This document shows, one piece after another, positions 39,137 through 53,603 of a stretch of DNA of 64,000 bases. Below the pieces are notes generated by a model. The model was not told the DNA's origin, searched no databases, and saw only the letters and a list, made by a program, of their open reading frames with translations. Numbering within the stretch: position 1 is the stretch's first letter; each line of letters starts with the position of its first letter. Position numbers and translations under genes: made by a program. Source of the DNA: Paraspadella gotoi (taxonomy: Eukaryota > Animalia > Chaetognatha); the NCBI GenBank assembly GCA_051294375.1, contig CM119263.1:23785310-23849309 (forward strand), read 5' to 3'.

Positions 39137-40745
39137 CTTAGGATTCCAGACAATGTTTTGCACGGGCGTTTTTGTTTCAACTTTTGCTCCACTCCTGGTT
39201 CATACAGCCTAAGGCGACCTCTCAAAACAGTAGGCACTAAGGAAGCTTTCTGAGGACAAAAGCGCAACCTAAAAAACTGCGAGACTTTTTTTGAAAAATT
39301 TTTTTTTTTTTTTTTGATATTTAGTCAATGAATTAAATTTTAATTATGGGAGAAATTTAAATCTGCTTTCAACAAATAAGAAAAAAATATTTAAATTTTT
39401 TGACGCATTTACATATGTATAAATAATATAAGCGAAAATTAAAAATAAAAAAAAAACATTTTTAAAATATTCATTGCTGCAAGCTCAAATTTTTGAAATT
39501 CTACTTTGATCTAAAATTTTTTCTACTCTTTACTCTTCATACGTCCTCACGTAACAAAATTGCAAAAATTTATATATCATCTCATTTACGATCATTTTAT
39601 CTTTTATCATATTTTCAATTGTTTTTCAGGCATATTTAATCATGTATTAGGCTAGATGTTATATCTTTTATTGATATTATATTTTAAGCTCAAAATAATT
39701 AATATTAAAAAAATTGTTTGTCAAAATTTTAATATTTTTTTTTTCTTCTTTTTTTTTCTTTCGTTTCTCTCTCGTTTTTTTCTGTCTTTCTTTTGTTTTT
39801 TCTTATTTTCTTTTTTTTTTGGACATCGTGAAATGTACCCTACATATATGTATTATTTTCAACAAAGGCTTAATCTCTTTAAAAGAGACTCACAGGAATC
39901 CGCCGGAACCATGAGGCCGAGAGAAGAGCCTCGGCGGTAGACGAGGGTAAGACGAGAGGAGAAAAGAGTAAGGCAGCTAAACGTATCGGATCGACTTTTG
40001 CAGCCGCGCGGATCCGGAGATAAGGAGACAGGAAGAGGAAAGAGGAGTAAGAAGAGCCGGCGAAGTCATCGAAGGCAGGGAGGAAGCGCGTCGGGTGGGC
40101 CGCCGGCGCGGGACGTGCTCCCGGAGGCTGCGACTGAGTTGCGAGGCGTTCTGAGTATAAAGCCCATGCTCTCTCTCTCTTCTCTCGTCTCTCTCTCGTA
40201 TCTCTCTCTCTTCTCCTCCTCTCTCTCTCTCTGTCTCTGCTTTCTTTCTTTCTTTCTGATCTCGGCTCTCTCCTCNNNNNNNNNNNNNNNNNNNNNNNNN
40301 ATAATTGACAACAGGTGTAGCTCGAGAGGCGCCCTGGCGTCGAAACAAAGTACTTCTCGCTTTCTTAACAACATTTTGCGTCGCTTTAGTCGCTAATAAT
40401 AGACGAAAATTGAATCTAGGGGCTTCCGTTTTGACGCAAGAGAAAGTTCAATGGGAGAACAAAAAAAAAAATCAAAAGAGATAACAAAGAACATATCTCT
40501 GACGATAATCATGTGAGACGCAATCTTTTTTGACACAGAGTCTCAGATAGTCTCGTGAGTCTTGTCATCCACCGATACCGGTCCGGCGCCGGAGAGATAG
40601 AGAAATCGATATCGAATAAAGTCACTTTTCCCTCGCCGTCGCTAATTCCATTAGCCATCCTCGTGCCAAACGCCGTCGTCACACGCCCAATATTCCGGTT
40701 CAACTTCGAAATACATCATATCGTTTTCAGAGTCTCTCTCTCTTC

Positions 40746-40789
<44 letters not shown>

Positions 40790-40791
40790 CC

Positions 40792-40845
<54 letters not shown>

Positions 40846-40891
40846 CTCTCTTCTCTCTTTCTTTCTTTTCTTTCTATCTCGCTCTCTCTCT

Positions 40892-40939
<48 letters not shown>

Positions 40940-40974
40940 CTCTTCTCTCTCTTCTCTCTCTCTCTCTCTCCTCC

Positions 40975-41293
40975 CCCCTCCCTCTTACCCTCTCCCACAC
41001 GACCCTCTCTCGGTCTTCATAAACGCGTTTTAGAGCCATTGTTTTTCTTTTTCCCCCAGAATCGGGTTCTTTCGAATTTCCGCGGGAGGTCGTTAGCGGC
41101 GACGACGGATCCCGGAAGAAGACTTCAAAAACAGAAGAGCAAAATGAGAAAAGACGTTGGCAAAAGAGGAGAAATGAAAGGGGGAGATTGCGTGGTTGGG
41201 TGCGCGTGAAAAGACGTGTGTAAAGCTGCGCTTGGCGCGTGAGGGATAGAGAGGAGAGAGAGGAGAGAGAGAGAGAGAGAGCAGAGAAGAGGC

Positions 41294-41326
<33 letters not shown>

Positions 41327-41649
41327 TAGAGATAAGTGGATAATACATCAGCAGTGTAAGAGATCGTTTTTTAACTTTATGTTCATCTCAATGCTTTTAT
41401 AGAAACGAAATTGCAAGGACAGTTTATATGTAAACTTAGATGTTAATTCGTAAAGAGACTACGTAGAAAAATAAATTCATTAAAGAATTTTCGTAATAAC
41501 ATTTTTTGCAACATGCCTCAATTGTAATGAGTACATCATGAATCTAAAAATATGTCTCTCTAATCAAATATGATTGGGAAGAGAAAATTGAAAGACTGAG
41601 AAGATGGGAGGCGAGAGAGAATGATACACACTCACAGTCTCACATACTC
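40975..41649 (+). repeat. Segment duplicated at 46240-46920
   Basis: CCTCTTACCCTCTCCCACACGACC...TCTCACATACTC occurs in both places. Confidence 0.9.
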
Positions 41650-42505
41650 GAGTTGGAGGCAGTGGAGCGAGTTGAGGCGAGTTGGAAAGTAGGAGTGGAG
41701 AGAGCAGACGTTGGAGGCGAGTAGGAGGCGATTGGAGGCGACGTTGGGAGAAGGCGCAGTTGGAGGCGAGTTTGGAGGCGAGTTGGAGGCGAGTTGAGGC
41801 GAGTTGGAGGCGAGTTCTGGAATGCGAGTGGAGGCGAGTTGGAGGCGAGTTGGAGGCGAGTTGGAGGCGAGTTGGAGGGCGAGTCGGAAGGCGAGTGGAG
41901 GCGAGTTGGGAGGCGAGTTGAGCGAGTTGGAGGCGGAGTTGGAGGCGAGTTGAGGCGAGTGGAGGCGAGTTGGAGGAGTGGAGGCGAGTTGGAGGCGATG
42001 GAGGCGAGTGGAGGCAGTTGGAGGCGACGTGGAGGCAGTGGAGGCGGAGTAGAGGCCGGAGTTGAGGCAAGTTGAGAGCGAGTTGGAGGCGAGTGGAGGC
42101 GAGTTCGGAGGCGAGATTGAGGCGAGTGGGAGGCGGAGTTGGAGGCGAGTTGGAGCGCATTGGAGGCGTGGGTGGAGGCGATTGGAGGCGGAGTGGAGGC
42201 GGTTTGGAGGCGAGTGGAGGCGAGTTGTGACGGCGATTTGGATCGAGTGAGGCGAGTGGAGGCGAGTTTTGGAGCGAGTGGAGGGCGAGTTGATGGGCGA
42301 GTGGAGGCGCAGTGGAGGCGAGTTGGAGGCGAGTTGGAGGCGAGTTGAGGCGAGTTGGAGCGAGTGGAGGCGAGTTGGAGAGAGTTGGGAGGCGAGTGAG
42401 CCGAGTTGGAGGCCGAGTTTGGAGGCGAGTTGGAGGCGAGTCTTGGAGGCGAGTTGGAGGCGAGTGGAGGCGAGTTGGAGCGAGTGGAGCTTGAGTTGGA
42501 GGCGA
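41648..42505 (+). repeat. GGAGGCGAGTT minisatellite, longer and noisier copy
   Basis: Same unit as 34200-34640, about twice as long, with the same downstream flank. Confidence 0.95.
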
Positions 42506-43030
42506 CGGTTGTGTCGTTGAGTTTGCTGGAGTTGGTAACGTGACAAGATGGGAAAAGGAAGTGTAGGTGAAAATAAGATTTAGGAAATCGGGTTGCGAGC
42601 GCGTTTTTGACGTATACGTTAAAATTAAAAATAATTGTAGTTATGAATATAGGAAAGGCTAAAAAATTTAGTTTTATTATCTGGTTTTTTAAAAAAAAAA
42701 GAAAACGTAAATCAAAGGAAAAGGTTGAAAAACTGCAAAGTAAGAGGGGGAAGACTAGGCGTGATAAAAAATCAATTGAGAGATAAAATTGAATTCTTGG
42801 ATTTCTTGATCAATCTTCCGTAAATGTGATTCTGATTCCGAATTCAATTGTTTATCGTCACAAAGAAGTGAGAGTTTGCACGATTCACAAGGTTCACAAA
42901 GATTAATTTGTTGCAATGGTGAAATAAGAGTGGAGTTACAAAGGAAAAAACTCAAAAAATGGAAATTTAGAAAATAAAAAAGGAACAAGAAAGAAAGAAA
43001 GAAAGAAAAAAGAGAAAGAAAGAAAAGAAA

Positions 43031-43083
<53 letters not shown>

Positions 43084-43758
43084 AAAAAGAAAAGAAGACA
43101 GAAAGAAAGATGGAGAATTCTAGAAGAAACTCTCGTGATTGATCGAAGAAAGGAGGCAAAAAACAATCGTCGACGGAAGGAGAGGGAGGAAAAATGGAAG
43201 AAAGGAAAAAGGAAAGAGTAGGAAAGAAGGATCGTGGTTTTAAAGATGGCGGGTGTAGAACAAAAGATTGCATTTGGAAAGGCACGAAGTCAATTACGAC
43301 TGTTAGAAATGTGTTAAGGGGAAAAAGGAAGAAAGTCAAGTTGGGTTTAAACTTTTTATATAAGAAAGGATTATTACAAGAAAGATACCATAAAAAATCT
43401 GTGGGGGGCAGAAAGATTTACAACGAATGGCTCCGAATGTAATAAAAAAAAAGAAAGAGTATTTTACAATTTGTTGATCGGCAGAATCTAAAGCGAGAAA
43501 GAAGGCGAATATATTTTCTTTGTCTGCTTTGCTTTTATCGACGCGTCGGCGTCGCAGACGTCAATCTGAAATCGTCGTGGAGTCGCGCCAACTGAAAATA
43601 GTTTCGTTATTGAAGAATTCCATCAGGAATTGAAACCAAAAACGGAGAACGACCTTCAAAGTGGCATACCGACCTTGAACTCGGAGAGGAGGGAGGACAG
43701 CGGGTGTGTGGTGGGATGAAGAAGCCGGCAAAGAGAGAGAGGAGAGAGAGGAGAGGAG

Positions 43759-43817
<59 letters not shown>

Positions 43818-45003
43818 AGAGAGAGGATAGAGCGCTTTTGTTGGCCTCGAAAGAAAATGAGATCCATGATACTCCACGATCAAAAGGGAGAAAGAGACGA
43901 GAGGAAAAAAGCAGCTGAGAATTCGGACCTCCCCGCTCTCTCCGACCTCCGCCTTCATAGCGGGCCCAAATCGCGTCCATCCTGCCACCGCACCTACCCA
44001 CCCTTTCTCTCCCACCACCCATCCTCCATCTCATTCCTTCTTCGTCTCGCCATGAAGAGAAGAGATTATTTCGTTTAAACGATTCAACGAAGATCCAACC
44101 TTTTTGCGTCATTTCTATTTCAGAGTGAAGGAAGAGAAAGAGGAGGAGGAATCGAAAGTCGACGCCTGATCCTAGCTTGCCTTAGCGAAGAAAAAAAAAA
44201 GGCCAAATCCAACGCCGCTACGGCACCCGCACGCCGCCGCTGACGCCTTCACCAGACGCTGATGTCTCATTTACGTTTGCCAAGGACAATTTTTCTCAGA
44301 AACGCTGGTGCTCGAGCCCGAGCGCCATTAGCCGCGCCCGAGTAATGAGACCATAGGGATAATTAGCCCAGAGCTTTTTTATAACCACCGCTGGCGCTGG
44401 CGCCGACGCCGCCCGCCGAGGCACCGCACGACGGCCGGTCTGGTTTGCCAATCCCCTGCCAGAGTAAAGCAATGCGGCCGCCGCCCGCCGAACGGGGGCC
44501 CCGATGAAGGGAAAATCCGACGAAATGAGCGAAAAGAAAAGAGCGGAATGGAAATTAATCATCAACGCCTTCGGTTTCATTTTTTTTTTCTTATTCGTTG
44601 AAAAGAAAACAAAAACCATTCGAGCGACACTGAAACAGGGACGACGAGGACGACGACGACGACGAACGAACGGACGACGGAACAACGACACATAACAATT
44701 TAACGACTGACCTGCGTGAAGAATTGATGATTCGTCGACCTCTTGCAGGAAAATCACAATTATTCGAGTTCTATCAGTTGCGTGAGTTGAAGAAATGAGT
44801 GGGGTGTGCCTATCTGTCTGTTTGTCTGTCAGACTTGTCGGAACCGTCTGTCAGTCTGTCTGTCTGTCGATAACTCTAGAATTTTCACCGTTCCACTTCA
44901 CGTCGGTTCCAACTGTTGTTTACTGTTTATTGTTGGACTTCGAGCAGATGACCGCGGAACGAGCGACTTGGCAGATTTCACAGTTTGTCCGCCGGAGATT
45001 AAA

Positions 45004-45043
<40 letters not shown>

Positions 45044-45055
45044 TCTCTCTCTCTC

Positions 45056-45097
<42 letters not shown>

Positions 45098-46004
45098 TTA
45101 TCTCGTTATTTCGTTCGTGAAAGCCCAAGACAACTGGAAAGGACGCTTCGATGATCGCGCGAGAGATTTTAATCGTTTCTCCTTCTGTGTTTCCGCATCG
45201 CATTGGCAGTTTCCGTCGTCGCGTCGTCGTCGTCGTCGCTCGGTCCGGCCCCCGTCGCCCTCGCCGTCGATCAGGTCGTTCGTCGTCAGTCGCCGTCGTC
45301 GCGCATGTATTCAGTGAACGCTTTTTGTCGTTTTCCATGGCATTGCTTTTCGACTCGTTCTTAAAACGTTTTTGCTGCCTGGCCGCCGTTTTTCTTAAAC
45401 TTTTTGTAGTCGCGAATGATATAATTATTAGTATAGTTTTCCGGTTTTCACGTCGTCACTCTCTCGTTTTTCGAGGTTTCTTTCTAACGGGAATAATTGA
45501 CAAACGTAGGTCTTTTTTTCTTTTGTTAGCGTCGAGCCGCCCTTGGCGTCGAAACAAGTACTTTCTCGCTTCTTTAACAAATTTTGCGTCGCTTAGTCGC
45601 TAATAATAGACGAAAATTGAATCTAGGGGCTTCCGTTATTGACGCAGAAGAGAAAGCTTCAATGGAGAACAAAAAAAAAATCAAAAAGAGATAAAACAAG
45701 AACATATCCTGACGATAAAATCATGATGAGGACGCAATCTTTTTTTTGACACAGAAGTCAGAGTGATCTCTTAAGATAGTCGCGGTTCTTGGTTCATCCA
45801 CCGATACACGGTCCGGCGCCGGAGAGAGAAAGAGAAAATCGATATCGAATAAAGTCACTTTTCGCCGCTCACGCCGTCGCAATTCATTAGCCATCCTCGA
45901 TAGCCAAACGAACACAGATCAGTTCATACACGCCCAATTAATACACAGGTTCAACAATACTCGAAAATACATCATTCACGAAAATTTATCAAGAAGTAAC
46001 ACAT

Positions 46005-46127
<123 letters not shown>

Positions 46128-46165
46128 TTCTTTCTTCTTTCTATCTCCTCTCTACTCGCTTTTCT

Positions 46166-46229
<64 letters not shown>

Positions 46230-46920
46230 CTCCTCTCTCCCCCCTCCCTCTTACCCTCTCCCACACGACCCTCTCTTCGGTCTTCATAAACGCGTTTAGA
46301 GCCACTTGTTTTTCTTTTTCCCCCAGAATCGGGTTCTTTCGAATTTTCCGCGGAGGTCGTTAGCGGCGACGACGGATCCCGGAAGAGACTTCAAAAACAG
46401 AAGAGCAAAATGAGAAAAGACGTTGCCAAAAGAGGAGAAATGAAAGGGGGAGATTTGCGTGGTTAGCTGGGTGCCCGTGTGAAAAGACGTGTGTAAAGCT
46501 GTGCGCAGTGAGGAGAAGAGAGGAGAGAGAGGAGAGAGGAGAGATAGGAGAGAGAGAGAGAGAAGAAGGAGAGAGAAGAGAGAGAATAGAGAGAGAGAGA
46601 TAGAGAATAAGTGCGATAATACATCAGGCAGTGTAAGAGATCTTTTTTACTTTATGTTTCATCTCAATGCTTTTATAGATACGAAATGCAAGGACAGTTT
46701 ATATGTAAACTTAGATTTAATTCGTAAAGGACTACGTAGAAAAATTAAATTCTTATAAGAATTTTCGTAAAAATTTTTGCAACATGCCTCAATTGTAATG
46801 ATACATCATGAATCTAAAAATATTGTCTTCTCTAATCAAATATGATGGGAAGAGAAAAATTGTAAGACTGGAAGATGGGGAGGCGAGAGAGAATGATACA
46901 CACTCACGTCTCACATACTC

Positions 46921-47479
46921 ACAAAGAGAGAGAGAGAGTGATATATGGAAGATCGAGAGAGAGATGAAGAGAGAGAGACGAGATGAGAGGAGAGAGCAGA
47001 AGTGAGAGAACGAGAGAGATGAGAGAGAGCAGCTGTTTTTGTTCCTTCGAAGTGAAAGGGGGAAAAAGATTGAGAGCGAAGCAGGGATGACACCTTTGCG
47101 GCCCAGGAGATCGGCCGTAGGGGGGGGGGGAAGTCGAAAGAGAAGGTCGACGTGAGTTGAGGGTCAGAGCGGACACGGAGGTCAGGGCGCTAGAAGATCN
47201 NNNNNNNNNNNNNNNNNNNNNNNNACAAAGAGAGAGAGAGAGGAATGAGAGATGAGAGAGGAGAGAGAGATGAGAGAGACGAAGAGAGAGATGAGAGAGA
47301 GAGAGAGAGAGAGCAGCTGTTTTTTGTTCCTTCGAAGTGAAAGGGGAAAAAGATTGAGGAGCGAAGAGGGATGACGTCCTTTGGGCCCAGAGGATCGGCC
47401 GTGGGGGGGGGGGAAGTCGAAAGAGAAGGTCACGTGATTGAGGGTCAGAGCGGACACGAGGTCAGGGCGCTAGAAGATC
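46921..47479 (+). repeat. ~270-bp tandem duplicate across the 25-N gap at 47200-47224
   Basis: ACAAAGAGAG...GGTCAGGGCGCTAGAAGATC occurs twice. Confidence 0.9.
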
Positions 47480-48272
47480 ACAAGGGGGTAAAGACGGGGT
47501 TAAGAGAGGAGGAAGGAGGAAGAGGAGGAGGAGTTTAGAAGAAGCCAGGAACGGAAGCGAGCCAGTTCATCTAATCCAGGGATAAAAGTCAATGGGTGAG
47601 AGAAGGAATCCTATGGGATTCCTCAAGAAGACTTTTTCGGCTAATCGCGATCCTCTTCCTCCTCTTCCTCTTCTCCTCTTCCTCATCTTCTTCGACCTCT
47701 GCTTCCTCTCTTAAATAGTTTCACTACATTTCTTTTCTGTCAACCTTGAAGCGGATATCTCTATTTGCATAAATAAGTAAAGAAACATAGTCATTCATAT
47801 CATCGTCAAGACAAGAGCTCGACTGGGTTTTTTTTTTTTAAGAAAAATGCAAAATAATACATTTACATAAAAAGGGTCACTTACTTTTGGAGTGTTTGTG
47901 TGTCGGTTAGGGAATTCTATTTTTCAGTTACATTTCGGAGCTGTCTATTCGATGTTTGCCAACTTGAATTGGTTGTTTCAATCGCAAAAACGACCAACAC
48001 GATCTTTGCGATTGGCGACACCCCAATAAGCCGCGCCAAGACTCGCCGCGACACACGCCACGCCACGCCACTCGATACGCCACGCCTCCCTTTTCGAATC
48101 GGGATTTATGAGGTGATAGAAGGAGAATCTCGCTGTCGGCGTCGAGAAAAGAGGCGAGGCTGATTCGAGGGTCACTTCCGGTCAACGCCTTTGTCCAGAA
48201 TCAGACTCTGTCCAAATTGGGCGTGGCTCGTAGGAAGGGAAGCGGTGTGAAAGGTGGTTGCCGGTTAGTAGA

Positions 48273-48350
<78 letters not shown>

Positions 48351-49738
48351 AAGTATCAATCGACAGTCCGCAATTTATGCAAAGCTGTCACCGCCAAACA
48401 GCGCCAACAGCGCCAACAGCGCCTCCATCAGCAGGAAAAAAAAATATTTAAGCGAAATTTTCGATTGAGTCTGGCGACAGGCAAATGGCGTTTGCTACTG
48501 GAAGTCGAAACTGGGAATGGCGAGTGGTGAATGGCGCTTCGCCAAATAAGACGTTCCTTTAATCCTGGGAAAAAAAAGAATCGATTTTCGATAATTGTGT
48601 ACACGTTCGTTGGTTTTAGTTTAGACGAGGCGCCTGCGTAAAAACTAATAAATAAACAAAAACAAAAGCACAAACCAAGCAAACAAATATATGCGACATT
48701 AGTCGGAAATTTACTAAACAACGTTTATAACTATAAACTAAAATAACTAAATTTGTAAAAAAAATTAACTAAAGCTGCGGCAAAAAACAATCCGCGTTTT
48801 TTTTTTAAATTTCCTAATTTTTGCCTTTGAATAAATTCAAATATTCTCACTTGTTTTTCTCCTAAGCCCAACGTAGGCGCGAATAGGTTAAATACTGTTC
48901 GTAATTACTTATGCTTTTTTACAGAGTGAATTATCTCTTCTACAAGGGGGTAAAGACGGGGTTAAGAGAGGAGGAAGGAGGAAGAGGAGGAGGAGGTTTA
49001 GAGAAGCCAGGAACGGAAGGCAGAGCCAGTCATCTAATCCCAGGGATAAAAGTCAATGGGTGAGAGAAGGAATCTATGGGATTCCATCAAGAAGACTTTT
49101 TCGGCTAATCGCGACTCCTCTTCCTCCTCTTCCTCCTTCTCCTCTTCCTCATCTTCTTCGACCTCTGCTTCCTCTCTTAAATAGTTCACTACATTTCTTT
49201 TTCGTCAACCTTGAAGCGGATATCTCATTTGCATAAATAAGTAAAGAAACATAGTCATTCATATCATCGTCAAGACAAGAGCTCGACTGGGTTTTTTTTT
49301 TTAAGAAAAATGCAAAATAATACATTTACATAAAAAAGGGTCACTTACTTTTGGGTGTTTGTGTGTCGGTTAGGGAATTCTATTTTTCAGTTACATTTCG
49401 GAGCTGTCGATTCGATGTTTGCCAACTTGAATTGGTTGGTTTCAATCGCAAAACCGACCAACACGATCTTTGTCGATTGGCGACACCCCAATAAGCCGCG
49501 CCAAGACTCGCCGCGACACACGCCACGCCACGCCACTCGATACGCCACGCCTCCCTTTTCGAATCGGGATTTATGAGGTGAATAGAAGGAGAATCTCGCT
49601 GTCGGCGTCGAGAAAAGAGGCGAGGCGTGACTCGAGGGTCACTTCCGGTCAACGCCTTTGTTCCAGAATCAGACTCTGTCCCAAATTGGGCGTGGCTCGT
49701 AGGAAGGAAGGCGGGGTGAAAGGGGTTGCGGTGGTAGT

Positions 49739-49837
<99 letters not shown>

Positions 49838-50417
49838 AGTATCAATCGACAGTCCGCAATTTATGCAAAGCTGTCACCGCCAACAGCGCCAACAGCGCCA
49901 ACAGCGCCTCCATCAGCAGGAAAAAAAAATATTTAAGCGAAATTTTCGATTGAGTCTGGCGACAGGCAAATGGCGTTTGGCTACTGGAAGTCGAAACTGG
50001 GGAATGGCGAGTGGTGAATGGCGCTTCGCCAAATAAGACGTTCCTTTAATCCTGGGAAAAAAAGAATCGATTTTCGATAATTGTGTACTACGTCGTTGGG
50101 TTTTAGTTTAGACGAGGCGCGTTAAAAACTAATTAAATAAACAAAAACAAAAGCACAAACCAGCAAACAAATATATGCGACATTAGTCGGAAATTTACGT
50201 AAACAACGTTTATAACTATAAACTAAAATAACTAAATTTGTAAAAAAAATTAACTAAAGCTGCGGCAAAAAACAATCCCGCGTTTTTTTAAAATTCTCTA
50301 ATTTTGCCTTTGAATAAATTCAAATATTCTCACTTGTTTTTCTCCTAAGCCCAACGTAGGCGCCGAATAGTGTTAAATACTGTTCGTAATTACTTATGCT
50401 TTTTTTACAGAGTGAAT
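47480..50417 (+). repeat. ~1.45-kb tandem duplication (47480-48930 and 48942-50417)
   Basis: Both copies begin ACAAGGGGGTAAAGACGGGG and end TTACAGAGTGAAT; differences are indel-type. Confidence 0.95.
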
Positions 50418-52962
50418 CGTCGGATCATTGAAAGTCAAGCTTAATCCGTGGAAGGGAGGGGAAGGGAAAATTAAATGTACAGGGAAAAAAGCAGGCGAGT
50501 AAATATGTGAAAAAAAAAGGAAAGAAAAAAGGAAAAAAGATTTCGTCCTTTCAAATCTCGCAGAAAGAAAAAGAGAAAGGAATGAGATGAAAGGAAAATT
50601 AAAAAAACTAAATGTGAATAGAATGAGAAAAGAGATGATGAGAAAGTGAACGAATATGAAATAAGATTTGGAAATAAACAAAAACAAAGAAACTAGAAAC
50701 TAAAAAACAACAAACACCAGATTAAATCTCGAGTTAAACTGCGGAATATAAAGAAGAAGTTATTGGCAACTGACAGATTCACAGCAAAAACAAAACAAGG
50801 AAAGATTCAACAACGAAGAAAACAAAAACAACACGAGCCGACGACGACGACGACGACGACGACAAGGAAGACGACGACGACGACGACGACAAGGAAGACG
50901 ACGACGACGACTATGACGAGGAAATCTATTTATCGATTTTGTTTTCTTGAAGCTCATTGTCTGTGAGGGCCGGCTGTGAACACGACTGTGAGAAAAGCTG
51001 GAAATGTATAAGTGCGGAGGATTCAACAATGATTATATATGTAAACACAATCAAGAGAAGCGGCGCTAGCAAGTATTGCTGAGCTTTAAGTATTCCTCGA
51101 AGAGCGAGTTGAAATGCTATTATTAAAAGAGTTATTATTATTATATTTTTGATATTGATTTTAAGTAAAAGCTAGTGCAGAGGCATATACATAAAAAGAG
51201 AAGGACAACAACAACAACATCGGCTGCGGGAATGAGGATGATGACGACGATCACCTTGTAGAATAATGATGATTAACCTTTTGCGTCGGACGGTTTTGCT
51301 GGTTTTCGCCGGAAAAACATTTTCGCCCCAAAGACGAAGCTGCTTCGGTCGGCGCGGTCGGAGGCGGTGGCGGTGGCGGGGGTGGGAAGACGAGGTGGCG
51401 GTTTTGGTGAAGTGAGAGCGATGTGAGAATGAGATGGGGAAAAGTGAAAAGCGTTGCGGATGAGGGGAAAATGAGCTTTGGCGAGGGAGAAAGGGGTCAA
51501 ATTAAGAGAAATCGCATAGAGGAGCGAGTAGTGACTGTCTGTCTGGTGTGTGTGTCATTTAAGGAACTTACTATGTACAAAATGAATAAAAAAAAAATTA
51601 GCGAAAAAACTTGGTAAGGTAAAGGCGCTCGAGTAATTTTTGTAATAAAAAAGGTGGGGAAAGGGAGTATTTTAGCTGCGTTAGAGATTGAACGAGGGGT
51701 GAGGATATTCACGTCGACCGCGAATCGTGATCTCTTCTTAATAGCATCTTAGGCATCGCGGGAATCGGCACAGTCCACACTCCACAGTATTAGCGCACAC
51801 AGCGGCATCACACAGTATACTCGATAAAAATCGAGCAAATTATGAAGGACGAAAGTTTTTCACTTATTACGAGGTCATCATAGATTTTTTATGTATTTTT
51901 ATTTAGAAACAGTTTACCGGTCAAAATATCCGCAAGTTTCAAGACGAATAAAACTTAAAATAGATGCTGCGGTTTTTTATGCTGTGGGTGGGGGCTGAGG
52001 GGCCTGGCCTGCCTGGGGGGGGGCGGGGAAAGACTGGGTGTAGTAGGGCGGGCTGCATTTGGAAATGGGCAAAAAAGCGAATGTAGGCGTGGCGTATCTC
52101 AACGGCGCGCAGGTGAGGCGAGTTAAGTTTCCGAGCGGAACGTGTGGATGACCTTCAAATCGGTTTTTTTTTTGGAGATTCGAAAAATAAGGATTTTACA
52201 GTTTTGGCTGCTTTCGCTTCCTCGAGGAATGAAGATAAGAATAGAATATAAAGATATAAACCGGAAAGAAAAAGATGATAAATGACTTTGCGAAACAGAA
52301 GAAAGGAGAAAAGGAAACGAAATAAAACCCGAGGAAATAACAATTAATGAAAAAAGTAGTGAAAGGGAGATTAATGACCCCTTTTCTTTCAGTTCAACTG
52401 ACTGAGTGAGAGAGAGAGAGAACTTATGGAAAGAGGGAAGCAGAGAAAAAGGAGATGGGGTAATGGATCTGAACAGAGAGAGATAGAATGAGGAGGCACG
52501 AAGTAGTATTAAGACGGATCTTGCTATTTTGTATCTAAATTAAAATATTTGCGATTTTAAGCCAGAAGGGCCGAACAACTAATTGAGAATAATGTTTTTG
52601 ACTACGCTTTTGCCAGGAAAATTTGAAAAAAAAATTCTTTAAATGGTGAAGTCACTGACTTTTTGTTAGATAATCTTTTCATCGAAACCCATCTTAAAAA
52701 TTTAGAAAGTTAACTGAGATATTGTTTTTTTTATGTTTCTAGGTTTCTTCAATGTTCAATTTTTTGCTTTTAAAGTCTGAAACTTGAAAGGCTTTCCTTT
52801 TTTTTCTACTCCAGATTACGACGATATGTTTAACTTAATTTTAAAGTGTCCTATAAAATTATAAAAACACAAGCAACGAGAAAAATAATCTACTTTAAGA
52901 ATGACGACAATAATAACTACAACGAGGCCCCATAATTGAAAACGGTTAAAGAGAGAGAGAGA

Positions 52963-52999
<37 letters not shown>

Positions 53000-53555
53000 C
53001 AAACGGAAAGGAACTGTAATAACATGACCGGGCCGCGAAATGAGAGAAGCCAAGTTAAAGGAGGAAAGTGTAAATGAAAAAAGGAAATGAGGTGAAAAGA
53101 AAAGCGGAGGAGGTAGAAGCGCCTTGGAAACATTTAGACAAAAGGAGCTAGAAACGGGGGAGCAAAATTATGGGAGGAAAGCTGGGGGAGCGACAGAGGA
53201 GATCCAAAACTGGGGAAGTATTGAGTTAATCAGAAGTGAGAGAGGAGAATAAGGGGAAAAGAAACGAGTGATATGAAAAAGAGAGAAAGAGAGAACACAA
53301 TGGGCGCTTATAGACTATAGAGTACGAAAGAGAAAAAGGAAATAATGTAACAATTTGGACAGATGAGAGATGGAATCGTAATGGAGCTGGAGAAAAGAAA
53401 CAGAAACGAAGAATGAAAAGAATGAGGAATGAAGAATGAAGGATGAAGAATGAAGAATGAAAAGAAGGAAAATGAAAAGAATGAAAAATGAAAAGAATGA
53501 AGAATGAAGAGAACGAAAAGAAGAAAAGAAGAAAGGAGAAATATTAAGACAAACT

Positions 53556-53603
<48 letters not shown>

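Noticed and set aside
38110-40165. Two divergent GC-rich patches, both ending CTGAGTATA, as terminal inverted repeats
   Set aside because: Similarity between them is too weak to align convincingly.
34012-42546. ORFs of 170-306 aa with LASNSPPTRLQ repeats
   Set aside because: They arise from a stop-free 10/11-bp minisatellite open in several frames.
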